A stretch of 63,735 bases of DNA, counting the filler, from Aduncisulcus paluster (lineage: Eukaryota), in assembly GCA_024181965.1 (NCBI GenBank). It is 16 parts of 16 records of this genome, joined end to end, with 100 filler letters (N's around TTAATTAATTAA, not from the genome) between each part and the next. Parts side by side here need not be neighbours in the genome. Positions count along the whole stretch, not along the records: positions 1 to 7,413 come from BQXS01009762.1; positions 7,514 to 13,870 come from BQXS01009764.1; 14 more parts are not named here. The stretch is one strand, 5' to 3'. Of the stretch, positions 1 through 12,631 are shown piece after piece (the first letter of the stretch is position 1; every line of letters begins with the position of its first letter). The notes beneath the pieces are model-generated. The model was not told the origin of the DNA. It did no database searches and worked only from the letters and a program-made list of their open reading frames with translations. The position numbers and the translations under genes are program-made.

Positions 1-3000
1 GCTTGATTGTTGCTCTCCCGTCTCATCGAAATAAGATCTGTACGACCCAGGCGTTGGAAGAGACAAAGGTTCAGCAAGCATTTGATTGGTTTCTGTACTG
101 CCATATTCCTTATCCTTGGGCCCAAGGTCATCATCAGAGGTTGATGGAGAGGAAGAAGGCGATGGATCCAAAGATAATGAGAATTCTCTCATCGCTTTGT
201 CAGCGTTCTTCATTCTCTCTTTCTCTTTGCGCCTTTCCAACTTTCTCTTTTTGTACTGGGCAACTTTCTCAAAAATATCGGTTGCATCACCAAGTTCCAT
301 ACAACTTGCAAAACATCCACATATCGATGGCTCATCGCCAAGCACGACAATAACCACCGAGTTGTAAGGTCCCCCGGACACACACACACATGGCCCTTCG
401 TGGTGAGTGAACTTTGGAGGTGATGGGGGTGATTTGGCCCATTCTCGAACATCATCGAGGTGTTTATCGGCGATAGAACTTGAAATGAGAGACACAGAGT
501 GTGTATGGTGGGTGCTTGAGAAAGAATGCAATGAAGAAGTCTGAGAAGGACTCAAAGGAAGAAGAGAAGATACAGGGAAAGAGTATGGAAAAGCAATCAC
601 TTTCACAATCATCCGATACCGAATGTCAACAACACACAATGCACCTCGTTGTGTACCAATAATGATATATAATGGAACCTGGGCGTATTCACAGCACACA
701 GCAGAGGGAAATCCAAGATATGGGGGAACACTGACGGCAAATAGAACCTTGCCTCGTTCAGTTTCAATAAACACAACAGAAGAACCCATACAAACACAAA
801 GAACTGTCGGAGTGATCGAGCATCCACAAATAATAGTATGTGTAGGAAACAGGAAGATATGCTTGGAAAAAGCGGTCGTGCCATTCCGATGCAATCCAAA
901 CACAGGATCGTCGCTCTTCCAAACCTTTTTAACGAGATAATACCCAATGGTTTCATGGTATTTGGGCTCAAGCTTCGTTCCTCTGTTAAGAGTTCTCTTC
1001 AAGGAAGATGAGAAGGTATCAATTGAAATGAACCTGTCATGTGACAAAGATCCAACCGATGCTGATGAAGGGTTTGATGTCTCACCAAGGTCATAATCTC
1101 CCCGTTTCCTGGCCGCATCAACAGACGAATTGAAGAAGAACAGAGGCAAAACACATTTTTCAGTGCATGCGCAGACACATTGTTCATTATCAATTGTCAA
1201 CCCATTCATCCGCACTAAGAAAGGCAAAAACATCGGAGTTGCAAGCAATTGGATGAGGTAAGAGGAGAGAGAAGATACCAAAGACATTGGCATATTTTTG
1301 CGATTGACACTCCCACCATCAGAAGAGGAAGTTGCACTACAAACAGAAATATCGTCACTCTCCTTGGATATTAATTCCTTGGTACGAGGATCAATGATCT
1401 GTGCATCTCTCAAAAAGTCAGCGTTATGGGGATCTTGGAAGGATGGATAGTCGCTGTCATCCTTCTTGAACTTACAAATAATGCCCAATGCCTCTCCAGA
1501 TGTCCCATCTTGCTCCGGATATTGTTTTTGGACCCACTCGGCGAAGGTCTCACCGTCTTCATTCTTCAGTCCGATACTCTCGGGCTTCACAACAAGGGAT
1601 AAGGACATGAGAGAGTGCGACAGAGGAGCAGACATCACACCTGAAGCCACATCAAGAAGAGGCAAAGAAATACACAGGGATGAACTTGACGAGGAAATAG
1701 CTAAAGTTCCCAAATTATACAAACCAACGCTTTCTCCACCAGAACAATNNNNNNNNNNNNNNNNNNNNCACCGTCTTCATTCTTCAGTCCGATACTCTCG
1801 GGCTTCACAACAAGGGATAAGGACATGAGAGAGTGCGACAGAGGAGCAGACATCACACCTGAAGCCACATCAAGAAGAGGCAAAGAAATACACAGGGATG
1901 AACTTGACGAGGAAATAGCTAAAGTTCCCAAATTATACAAACCAACGCTTTCTCCACCAGAACAATCATCGAAGCCAAAGGAGAGTACGTTACAGAGGAT
2001 TCCTCTCGTTCTGTGCTCGATTCCACTCGTTTTCATTGAAGACGATGCTCCGTGTGACCTGTGTTGATGCGAAATAGCACGTCGAAGAGTATGAGAGTTC
2101 GATGTTAAATACTTGAAGGAAACGATATCATCCAAATTTCCCTTTCCCATCCGCGTTCGCATCCATGCCTGCTCTTCTCGTCTTCGAACCTTTTCACGAA
2201 TCAAGGCTGAGTGAGAAGAGATGTGACGGAGCTCTCGATAAAACTCTAACATAATATCTAAAATAGGAACCAAAGGTTGTTTATCAACAACAATAGGAGT
2301 AGATTGTCTATTTTTAGAATGAGAAAGATGATCGTCAGTGGGATGAGATATTTGTCCTTCAGATTCATTTTGTCCATTTATCACTTCTCCTTCTTTTCCT
2401 TGTCTTTCTTCTTTTTCACCGTTATTCAAGTCGGATTCTTCAGAGCCATACCGATGTTTCACTTCTTTGTCGAGTGCAGATCTAATTATATCCAAGAGTT
2501 TTCCACGATGAGAAGGAACAACCAGTTTCTCAAGAGGAATAACTAAACTCATATCAATATTTTCATCCTTAGATTTGTTTTTAGAGCTTTTCTTTTTCTT
2601 ATCTCTTTGTCGCTGCTCCAGAAGCAGCAATTGTTTCTTCTTTTTCAACTCTTCTTGCAATTTCTTTCTCTCTTGGCTTTGTGCCTTCCTTTTCTTCTCA
2701 TCTTCCTCTTCAAGCCATTTCAATCGTTCTTCACATCTCTCAAGAATGCTCCAACTCGCCCCTTCTCCACAACAAGCGCATAGAACTTGTGAGCAGAAAG
2801 AGAGAGTCGGCAAATACATGCACGAGTCCTGAACAAGAGAAAGAGGAGGAGAAAAGATATGGTGACATTCAATGGAATCATTCGAAGTAAGAAGATCCAC
2901 TTCGGTTTCCCTGTCACATTCTTCTTCTCGAGGAAGCATAGAATTGGTCAAGGAAGAAGAAGAGGAAGAAGAAGAGGAAGGAGCGATACATTCACGCTTC

Positions 3001-6000
3001 ATATCTATTAATAAATCCTCAATTTTCTCAACTAAAGCTTGTTGACAAGCAGTATCCTTTACGATGGATGATATTTGAGGACAATCTTCTATCCAACCAG
3101 AAGACCCATCTTTCAAATGAGTATGTTCATCTGTGGAAATACATTGTGTTTTCGTGTGCAACAATTGCGAAGACTGTTCCTTCAAATGGACTCCCCCATC
3201 AATATCAGAAGCATCATGGACATCCTTATTTTGAGAAGAGAAAGAGTTCAAAAATTCAATACCTTTTTTCTTCTCGGTTATAATATCCATAATTTTTTGT
3301 TCGCATATGCTTTTCGCAAGTTCATCACCTGGCTTCATTGCTAGACCTCCAGAAGAACTGCTAATTTTCATCTGTTCTCTAATCTTTGCTTGCTCATTTC
3401 TGACCATCTCTCTCAAAGAAGCTATATCGACTCTGACGATCCTCCAAATTTGATGGACTTGAGCAGAAATACCCTCGGAAACTTCACTATTCGGGATTAG
3501 CAAGAGAGAAGATAGGAGCAAGAAAGCAGAGGCACGAAGAGGTGAAGAAGGGTGAAGAAGAAGAGGAGAAAGAAGAGAAGCAATACGATACAATGCCGGA
3601 ACACTAAAGAAAGAAGAAATATTATTTTCGTCAGCAAATCCCATATGCGTGTAAGAAGTAAATTTTGAAGGGAAAAATGACGAGAGAGATGCATGGGATG
3701 ACAGTTTTTTAAGAGATTCCTTTCCCTTTGAATCTTTTTCTTGTACAAAGTAACTTTTCTTCTTGCTTTTCTGCATTTCATCATATATTTTTTTCTTTTC
3801 AAATGCCATCAAGTCAGCCCGTTTTCTCCATTTCCTCTCAATTCGTCGCTTCTCCTCTTCATTTTCTCTTAGACCATTCTCTCCTCTTTCGCCATTTATC
3901 GAAATAATCCATTCACAGCCTCCAATAATACACACTACGGCGATACAACACGCTTTCATGACTTCCAGGTTGTCATCGCGAAGAGCTCGGCATACAACAC
4001 TCGCGCAAACAGAGGGAGTTATAGCCTCATTTAGAACGATTGTAGGGAGAGTGCGCAAAAATTCTATTTTTAGTTCAGTGCAGGACTCAGGCGAGAAACA
4101 ATGTTTCATTGCAAGAGGAGTAATCTTGAATCGAAGGTCGTGGGAGGACACACACAGTGAAATATGGTGAAAGTGTGTTAAAATTGCCAATGGTAAAGTG
4201 TGAGTCTGGACATTGTGAAGGTGTTGAGTGAATGTGCTCTGAGAAAGCAAGAACTTAATGCAACCAAGTACAACCTTCGATGATCGAGTCGGAGAGAATT
4301 TTGAAGGGTGCCTTGGAGCAGCCTTTGATGCAATATCAATAGAGTCCACATCATTTTGATCATAAAACGGTTTGTCGGACATGTCGAAGTCCTTTGAATT
4401 AGCAGAGTAAGAGGAGGATGACGAGGTACGTGAATGGCGAGCAGAGAACTGCGATAGAGTGGATCCAGTGGAATGATTGCGAGAATGTCCACTGCTGACT
4501 GAGGCAGCAGGAGCACTCAAAGCACCAGAATTGCCAGACACAGATGCTGTCTTTGATAACGATCTGCTATTCCGACTCAAAAAGGGATCACCTCGATACC
4601 TGAGAAGGGACAGACAGTTTTCGAGAGATATTCGATCCATAACAATAGTATTCTCCTTTAATTCAAGGATATCTAGTTGTTTAATATGATCGTCACTCTC
4701 CTCAGCTTCAAATGAATCTTGCTCATGACTTGTGTGATCGTCACACTGAATCCACAAATACCAATCGTCACTCTCCTCTTCTTCTTCCTCAGAATCTTCT
4801 TGCCTGTCTTCTTCGAAAAGTCCAGACTCTGGGTGACTCTCTTCTCTATCTCCTTGCTCTCCATCAATACAAAGACTCTGCAAGGGATCCGNNNNNNNNN
4901 NNNNNNNNNNNACTCAAAAAGGGATCACCTCGATACCTGAGAAGGGACAGACAGTTTTCGAGAGATATTCGATCCATAACAATAGTATTCTCCTTTAATT
5001 CAAGGATATCTAGTTGTTTAATATGATCGTCACTCTCCTCAGCTTCAAATGAATCTTGCTCATGACTTGTGTGATCGTCACACTGAATCCACAAATACCA
5101 ATCGTCACTCTCCTCTTCTTCTTCCTCAGAATCTTCTTGCCTGTCTTCTTCGAAAAGTCCAGACTCTGGGTGACTCTCTTCTCTATCTCCTTGCTCTCCA
5201 TCAATACAAAGACTCTGCAAGGGATCCGTGTCTTCCTTGCTATTGTATTCATCATCAATAATCCCACTATCACAAACAAATGGATTATCATCGTTCTCTG
5301 TCTCACTCTTCTCGAGAGAAATTATCTTATCACCGTCACCAAGCGAGGCCTGTTTGATATGCTTCATGTTGCGAACAGCTCGCCTCCTCTCTCCTCTAAT
5401 CCGCATTCGTTCTTGCCATAGGCATCGTACAATACTCCTGGTTTCCACAGCTTCATCGTGTTTCCTCTTCTGCTCTCGAATATTTTCCTCCTTTTCCCTC
5501 TCCCAGATCCATCTCCGAACTCCGATTCCACAGCACACAAAAAGAACCTCCGAAGCCTTCTTTCTGACGTGCACACTGGCACCACTCTTCGCAACATCCT
5601 TTATGGAACCACTTACAGAAACACGAAAGGCTTCACTCTCAAGACCAGAATTGAACCGATCGAGAGCAAGACGTGATATCAAACCCAAGGCCCGCAGAGA
5701 GAGATTAGTAAATGATGGAGGTACTAGCTCATCAGAATTTCCAGGAGTTATTGCCTCTCTCAGAGATACACCACATTTTACATGCTTTTTGTCTTGAGAA
5801 TGTGGAGATAATCCGACAGTATCCTTTCCTTGTCCACGAAACGGCAAGGAAGTTGAAGATCTCCTGAGACCACATCCAGGCGGCTGTACAAGAGTGTTAG
5901 GCAATAGAATTGTTCTTTTACCAGCAGTAAAATCTTTCCCACCATCATTGTTTGTCCCTTGCTGGTTTGGTCGTCCATGAATCCCTAGACCTACGGCCTC

Positions 6001-7413
6001 GTCTCGATCTGCCACAACTGCCCAGTTACTGAGAACATTCAACACGAGTGGAACAATATCCAAAAGAACGACTTTGAGTGGTAAATGAAAAGAGAAAAGG
6101 GATACGAGAGAGAGAGAATAAGAGATTGAGAGGGGATCNNNNNNNNNNNNNNNNNNNNGGAAGTTGAAGATATCCTGAGACCACATCCAGGCGGCTGTAC
6201 AAGAGTGTTAGGCAATAGAATTGTTCTTTTACCAGCAGTAAAATCTTTCCCACCATCATTGTTTGTCCCTTGCTGGTTTGGTCGTCCATGAATCCCTAGA
6301 CCTACGGCCTCGTCTCGATCTGCCACAACTGCCCAGTTACTGAGAACATTCAACACGAGTGGAACAATATCCAAAAGAACGACTTTGAGTGGTAAATGAA
6401 AAGAGAAAAGGGATACGAGAGAGAGAGAATAAGAGATTGAGAGGGGATCACGTTGTTGGCGGATGCAAGAGAGAACTACATCAAGGAGAGCAATGACAAA
6501 TGGCGGAGAATAAATTGGTGGGGAACCTCCAAGCGGATAATTACCATTTTTATCACCCCTTCCAATATTGTACGATTCTTTCATATATGAAGTTTTTTGG
6601 ATACTATTACGAAGCTCACATAGCTCAATCCACAACAAGGGCCATATAGTCTCAGGGTATGCTAATTTCCCTTGTTTTGGGCATTTTGATGACGTGTTCT
6701 GTGAACTCTGAGATATCGTAGCATCAGATGTGGAAAAAGGTGTTATATGATAAGAACCATCTGTCCCGTATCTAAGTGTCAAATCTTCACTCTCAACCTT
6801 CAACAACCAACGATTAATCCAGCAAACGATGGAATTCCGCGTGGTAAGATATTTAGAGTTGTTGACTCGGTAATGTGATGAAATTGGAGAGAATATGCAA
6901 CAGTTGTTTTTCGAAAAGCAACCATCACGATCTCTACGAGACATTTCCAACTTAAATTTCATTTGATTTCCGAGGATTAAATCTATTATTGGAAACAGGT
7001 GAGAAACAATGCCGTCGCTGTTCTCCTTATGAGTGGATATAAGGGAAGAATGAATCAAAGACAGATCGGAAGGGAAAGGAAATACTGGAAACAAAGACGA
7101 TTCACCTTCAACTTGCTCAGACCCGTGTGACAAAGGTTGTTGCAGGTCTCCAGGATTTGTATCCTGATGTTTTGTGGTCTCAATCTCGGTTTTAAGGCCA
7201 CTAGTTTCATTTAAGCACTCGTCGATACAAATTCTATCATTTGAAGAGATAGATAACATTTTATGGACCAAAGATTGGATACAAGAAGGTAATTGACTGA
7301 CCTTTGACTCAACAAGAGCTTTTCCTTCTTCCACACAAGCTTCTAGTGACAAAATTTGAATGTCAGACAATTTAAGTGTCCGTTTGGATTCCTTTGTTTC
7401 GGAAAGCTCTTTC
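1..7413 (-). CDS. VPS15: VPS15/PIK3R4-like PI3K regulatory subunit (kinase C-lobe end, HEAT repeats, WD40); partial at both ends and split by three gap duplications
   Basis: ORFs 6039-7370, 4864-6186 and 1701-4883, plus an unlisted open frame running to base 1, join into one frame once the overlaps are removed. IQSLVHKMLS resembles the kinase end. LLDVVLSCIR..VVLLDIVPLVL, RALRDDNLEV and LSPLLLHPSSPLR resemble Vps15 HEAT segments. IIIGTQRGALCVVDIRY resembles its WD40 blade. Assignment is by motif recall. Confidence 0.7.
1551..1966. other. Assembly artefact: duplicated overlap around a 20-N gap (first of seven)
   Basis: 1551-1748=1769-1966; 4575-4891=4912-5228; 5848-6138=6159-6449; 8524-8938=8959-9373; 29545-29840=29861-30156; 47770-48075=48096-48401; 55512-55951=55972-56411. 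Confidence 0.93.
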
Positions 7414-7513
7414 NNNNNNNNNNNNNNNNNNNNNNNNNNNNNNNNNNNNNNNNNNNNTTAATTAATTAANNNNNNNNNNNNNNNNNNNNNNNNNNNNNNN
7501 NNNNNNNNNNNNN
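7414..7513. other. Artificial contig linker N44-TTAATTAATTAA-N44 (stops in six frames); first of 15
   Basis: Identical 100-nt linkers start at 7414, 13871, 15531, 17367, 18894, 22154, 24120, 26302, 40366, 42123, 43732, 51797, 58540, 60581 and 62008. Confidence 0.97.
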
Positions 7514-7900
7514 GTACAAGGAATAAAATGATCTCGCAGCGGATAGAAAGTGTATTTTTATCCCATTCAATCACAAGAGATATGACAGTGGGCGCTCCAA
7601 ATGGCGACTTTGTGATGAGTTGAGAAAACCTGTGATAATTCCACCAACATGCAGATTTTTTATATCACATGGTTCTATATATTGTCATGCCGAATGAATT
7701 CAAGAAAGTTGAAAGCCCATCTCGTGACAAGTTCCCAACAAAAATGTGGGTGTCATTTTTTGCCCAGCCATATTTTGCTTGCAGTTGTTATAATATTTGT
7801 ATTGGGTGCTGTATTTTCAAGTATGTCATTCCATTTCTGGAAATAATTTGTCATCCATTTTGTTCGGAGATGTATTTTACATTGCTTATTGCTTTCGTTG
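7514..7900. repeat. Dispersed repeat, copy 1 (unclassified)
   Basis: Aligns by eye to 18510-18893 with scattered substitutions and one divergent ~25-nt segment. Confidence 0.9.
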
Positions 7901-8040
7901 CTGTTTCAACCTTCAATCTCATCCACGTTCCTTTATTACATTGTAGTCCGCTTAGTTATTTCTGTAATTCATTAATTTACCCCAAAGATTCCGTATAATA
8001 ATAACGATATAACATTATATTGATTCCTCTACATTCCTCA

Positions 8041-11000
8041 ATGAAAAGCACTGAAGAGTTGACAAAAGAAATTGAAGCACTCATTGTTTCAATCAAAAGA
8101 ACAGACTCTCGACCTGCCATTAAATCCCTTTATAAAGAATCCCATTCTAGCTTCATGACTATCTTTGATGAGTTCACTTCTTCACCCTCATCTGCTGTCA
8201 CATCCGCTCTAAATCTCTTCGCCCTTTGTTTCGAATGTTTGTCCTTGTTCGTGAAGCATAAAGTTACAAAAGACGATGGAACTCCAGATGAGGATGATAT
8301 TGAGGTTATTCTGCATAGTTCTTTTATCAAGAAGATGATTGACTCTTTCTTGCCTTCAATGATCCGAATAGAAGATATTCTGAGAGTTAAACGCGAAGAA
8401 ATGGAAAAAGAAGAAAAAGAAGAGGAAAAAGAAGAAGAAGTTGAAACTGGTGAAGCTGGAGTGAGTTCCATTACAATGACATTGTTCAGGATTCTTTATG
8501 ACTCGACAGATATTGTTGATTCCCTTTGTAATACTGTTTATCCTAAAATTTCCACTCTTCTCTCCAAGATGTTTATTCTTGGTCTATCTGAGAAACTTGA
8601 GGATTCTTTTGTTGCAGATATCCTCCAGACATGTAGGAATATTGCATTTTCTGAAGACGATCTCACCAAAAACTCCCTTTTATCCATTCTTCCCCCTCAT
8701 ATCTTGCCATGGATGAAGAAGTATCCTGATAAGAAGTTCTTTTTCTTGTGGATGAATATCTTGAAGAACATCACAAGTGATAAGGGTAACATCGGCTCTG
8801 ATAAAGATCGTTCCTCACAACTTTGGTTTATCTTCCACCCTATCTTGGATATTATCAAGGACTCTGGTTCCAAAGGTATTTCATTTGATGATGATGCTGT
8901 TATTCGTTGTTTGAGTTTCTTTGGTAACTTGAGTTGCANNNNNNNNNNNNNNNNNNNNCTTTGTAATACTGTTTATCCTAAAATTTCCACTCTTCTCTCC
9001 AAGATGTTTATTCTTGGTCTATCTGAGAAACTTGAGGATTCTTTTGTTGCAGATATCCTCCAGACATGTAGGAATATTGCATTTTCTGAAGACGATCTCA
9101 CCAAAAACTCCCTTTTATCCATTCTTCCCCCTCATATCTTGCCATGGATGAAGAAGTATCCTGATAAGAAGTTCTTTTTCTTGTGGATGAATATCTTGAA
9201 GAACATCACAAGTGATAAGGGTAACATCGGCTCTGATAAAGATCGTTCCTCACAACTTTGGTTTATCTTCCACCCTATCTTGGATATTATCAAGGACTCT
9301 GGTTCCAAAGGTATTTCATTTGATGATGATGCTGTTATTCGTTGTTTGAGTTTCTTTGGTAACTTGAGTTGCATTCCTTCCCAAGCCATTGAAATGTATG
9401 ATTGTATTAAAGATGGTCTTATTGATAGCTGGTTTGAAATGGTAAAGAGGAAGAAAAGTGAAGGAGGGGATGCTAATAGCTGGGGAGTCAAAGACTGGTC
9501 CAAACTCATTTCCATACTCTCCACTGTGCCAGCTCTTGTCCTTCAACTATCTCCTAAATTCGATGACAACATGGAATGGTGTAACGAGAATGGAAGATGT
9601 GGTGGATATGACACCAATATGGAGTGGTGTAAGAAGAATAGAAGATTGGGTGATGATTATGTAAGATATCTTTGTAATTGCTATCCTTCTCTGATGAAAT
9701 GGAATGAATTAGTTGAAACCATTAAGAAATGTCCTGACTCAGAATCATCGTCAATTCTCTACCATGAATATCGAGAAGATATCTTTTCTGTCTTCCTTGC
9801 ATTCCAATCAAAGAGTGAGATTGAAGAGAACAAGAGAGAGATTGTTCTTTGTTTTGAGTATTTAAGATGGGTTGCAGGTCATGATATTGCTAAAAATCAT
9901 ATCTTCCTCCCAATACCCGATCTCAACAATCTCATAGAAACTTTCATTGATCATATATCAAAAGTGGAGGAAGTTTTGGAAGAAGATGTTGACAAAGAGT
10001 ATTGCAGCATTTGTGCAAACTATTCTTTCAAAGTTGAAGACAAAAGAGATTCTTTCCTTCCCAAGATCCTTTCCACTTTCCATAGTATTCTGAGAGAGGA
10101 AGCAAGAAGAAGTTGGGTTATCATATTGTTATAAATTTATTGAAAACTCTCAGAAATATCTCTATTTCTCGTTCCCTTGATACTCGATCCTCCATACTCA
10201 CCCTTATCAAACCATATGCCAAGGATTGGTTGATGATGTACAATGATAGTGAGTGTTATCAACATTGGATGATTATTTTATCACATATCACTCTTTCTTG
10301 TGATAACACTTCCCCTAACACCTCTCTTTGTTCTGAAGCTTGGCCTCTCTTCCACCCTGTTATTGATGTTGTTAAGAGAGAGTTTGTTGGGGATATGATT
10401 GTTGAGGATAATCATGAAAGAGTTTTAATATTATTCTCCAACTTATGTTGTGATCCGGGACATATCCCCGAAATTTATGATAATGTTAAGGATCGTTTTG
10501 ATGAATGGTGGCGAGTTATGAAGAGGAAAGAACATAAATGGGGAATCAAATTCTGGTCTAAACTCATTTCTATGTTCTCCATTGTCCCATCGATAATTCC
10601 TCAACTATCACCCAAATATGATGCCAACATGCTATGGTGCAGAGAAAAGAGGTATTGTCCAACTCAATTTTTTAACCAATATATTTCCAACATTTCCTCC
10701 TTCCTACCTTCTTCATATCTTTCTTCAACTCTTCTGCCTTCTGTGCCAATTGTTTCATTTATTCCTTCCATTGAGACATCTTTGTGTCCTGAGAAAGATG
10801 GATATTCATACTCCTCCCATGTATGTTCTGTTATGAAACTGCATAAAACTATTCCATATCATCGCAAAACCAAAGATTCTTGCTATCACGATATTATCAG
10901 TGGAAAAGAAATACCTATCCAAATCCAACATGTTCTTAAACGTGATAGATCGAGTTCTCAAAATCTCCATCTGCACTCTTCTCTTATTCAATACACTCCT

Positions 11001-11234
11001 CCTCAACATTTACTTGTTAGGATACCATTTGATGATGAGAGATCCTTGAGACAATCTGCGTATGATCTGATTGAACGCACAGGTGGAGGAGTTGAAGTAA
11101 TGTTTGAACAGGGATCATTATGTTGTTCGTTTGAAGAATACGATCAAGAAGCATGGAGAAAAAGAATGAAAAATGTCAAACAGAAAAGAGGAAAAGGACA
11201 ATCAAAAGAAGGAAATCATTGTCAAATTGTTTAA
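8041..11234 (+). pseudogene. Lineage-specific helical (ARM/HEAT-like) repeat family protein with a 1-nt frameshift at ~10091
   Basis: ORFs 8020-10134 and 10113-11234 join as ..HSIL|ERGSKKKLG. Collinear paralog at 35548-38568, including the C-terminal LIQY.PPQ.LLV...FD.ERSLRQS.YDLIE.TGGGVE. Could be a sequencing error instead. Confidence 0.65.
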
Positions 11235-11746
11235 CCTAATGGATAATCTTGTTAGAGATTACTCAATGATGTAAAGTTTATTCTCGAATGATTTCGCGAT
11301 AATATGATTCATTAGAGTTGTCAAATTTGGTGATCAGTATGTTGTGATCCACAATGTTGTCGCATCAGGATCAGACACAAGATCAGACAGATTTGATACA
11401 GTTCTGATCCATTCCATTCAAAATGGGGGAGAAAAACTGGGGATATCACTTCCAGCATGACATATATGGAATCCTGGTAGCAGCCCAACTCAAAACGGGA
11501 GTTTCCAGTGGGATTTCGTTTCATTCAAATGAATTTCGAGGATTATTTAGAAAAATATTTCAACAATACAAAAAATAAATTTCATATAAAAATAATATTC
11601 GTACGAAATGCTTAAAAACACTTCCTACAATCACAATGCACGAATATAAAGATTCTATGGTTGAGTATCATCAAAATTCGATTATTTTAATGCATATACA
11701 TTGCAGTTGGATTGTTATTTGTTATTTTTAAGAAGTAGGAGTGATA

Positions 11747-12244
11747 TTAACCATTTGTTTCGAAAGGATTAGGATTGACGGGACCTTCCATGGTTTCAAT
11801 ATGTTTCTCAACGGGATGTTCTTCGTGTACATGAGATGGATCTTGCATATCTTTGAGAATTACATCCCTAACCTCCGATATTCCTTTCGAATGGACATCG
11901 CCAGCATCACAAACAATCCCAGAAATACTACAAGCATATTCGCATTCATCTGTTCGCTTACTGACAAAAACTGGCTCAAATGAATCCAGAAGAGAAGTGG
12001 TAAAAACTCGAGTATCCGAAAGGAAAGTATTGAGAGAACGATGAGCCATATCCCCACGTGACCGAGTTTTATGAGGAATAAATGAGGAAAGAGAGGGCTG
12101 ATCAGTTGAAAACATACTCTTGAAGGCAGTCAAAGAGGCATTGACGACTTCATCAGACATTAGCTCTGTTGTACGGAGAAATTGCTTAGTTTCTCGTTTC
12201 TTAAAGCTTTTTGAGGAAGTTTTTATCGGTTTATAGGCTTGCAT
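11747..12244 (-). CDS. Hypothetical protein, 165 aa
   Basis: ATG-initiated ORF between AT-rich flanks; no recognisable motif. Confidence 0.45.
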   Translation of the reverse strand: MQAYKPIKTSSKSFKKRETKQFLRTTELMSDEVVNASLTAFKSMFSTDQPSLSSFIPHKTRSRGDMAHRSLNTFLSDTRVFTTSLLDSFEPVFVSKRTDECEYACSISGIVCDAGDVHSKGISEVRDVILKDMQDPSHVHEEHPVEKHIETMEGPVNPNPFETNG

Positions 12245-12631
12245 AGTCTTTTAATAGATATTATTTATAAAATATTAACTATTTAAGAACTATAATAGGC
12301 CAGAAATTAAAATATTCATTTAACTTTTAGTATATTCAAAATAGAAATATAATAAAGGAGAAATTGTCATAATTCAATGATCTAACATACAAATAATATG
12401 ATTTTTCTTGGTGAAAAAAACGGGTTGATTCAAAAACTCCCAATCGAATTTATTGATTACAATTATTTAAAACAGGCCTACTGAATTATAAATTTAAAGT
12501 AAATAAAGGCGGAATATAAACAATTTGAAATTAAATTTTCAATCTTATTGCGAACTGCGTGTGACAACGGAGAAACCTCCAGTACCACCGAATTACCTTC
12601 TTAAAGAAGTTATCATCTCAAAAAAACGAAT

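Noticed and set aside
7458-7469. Recurrent TTAATTAATTAA as a biological motif
   Set aside because: It is always centred in 88 Ns and is a synthetic six-frame stop linker. ORF ends reading LIN or N are artefacts.
8524-9373. Exact internal tandem duplications in proteins
   Set aside because: All seven flank a 20-N gap and are unmerged scaffold overlaps.
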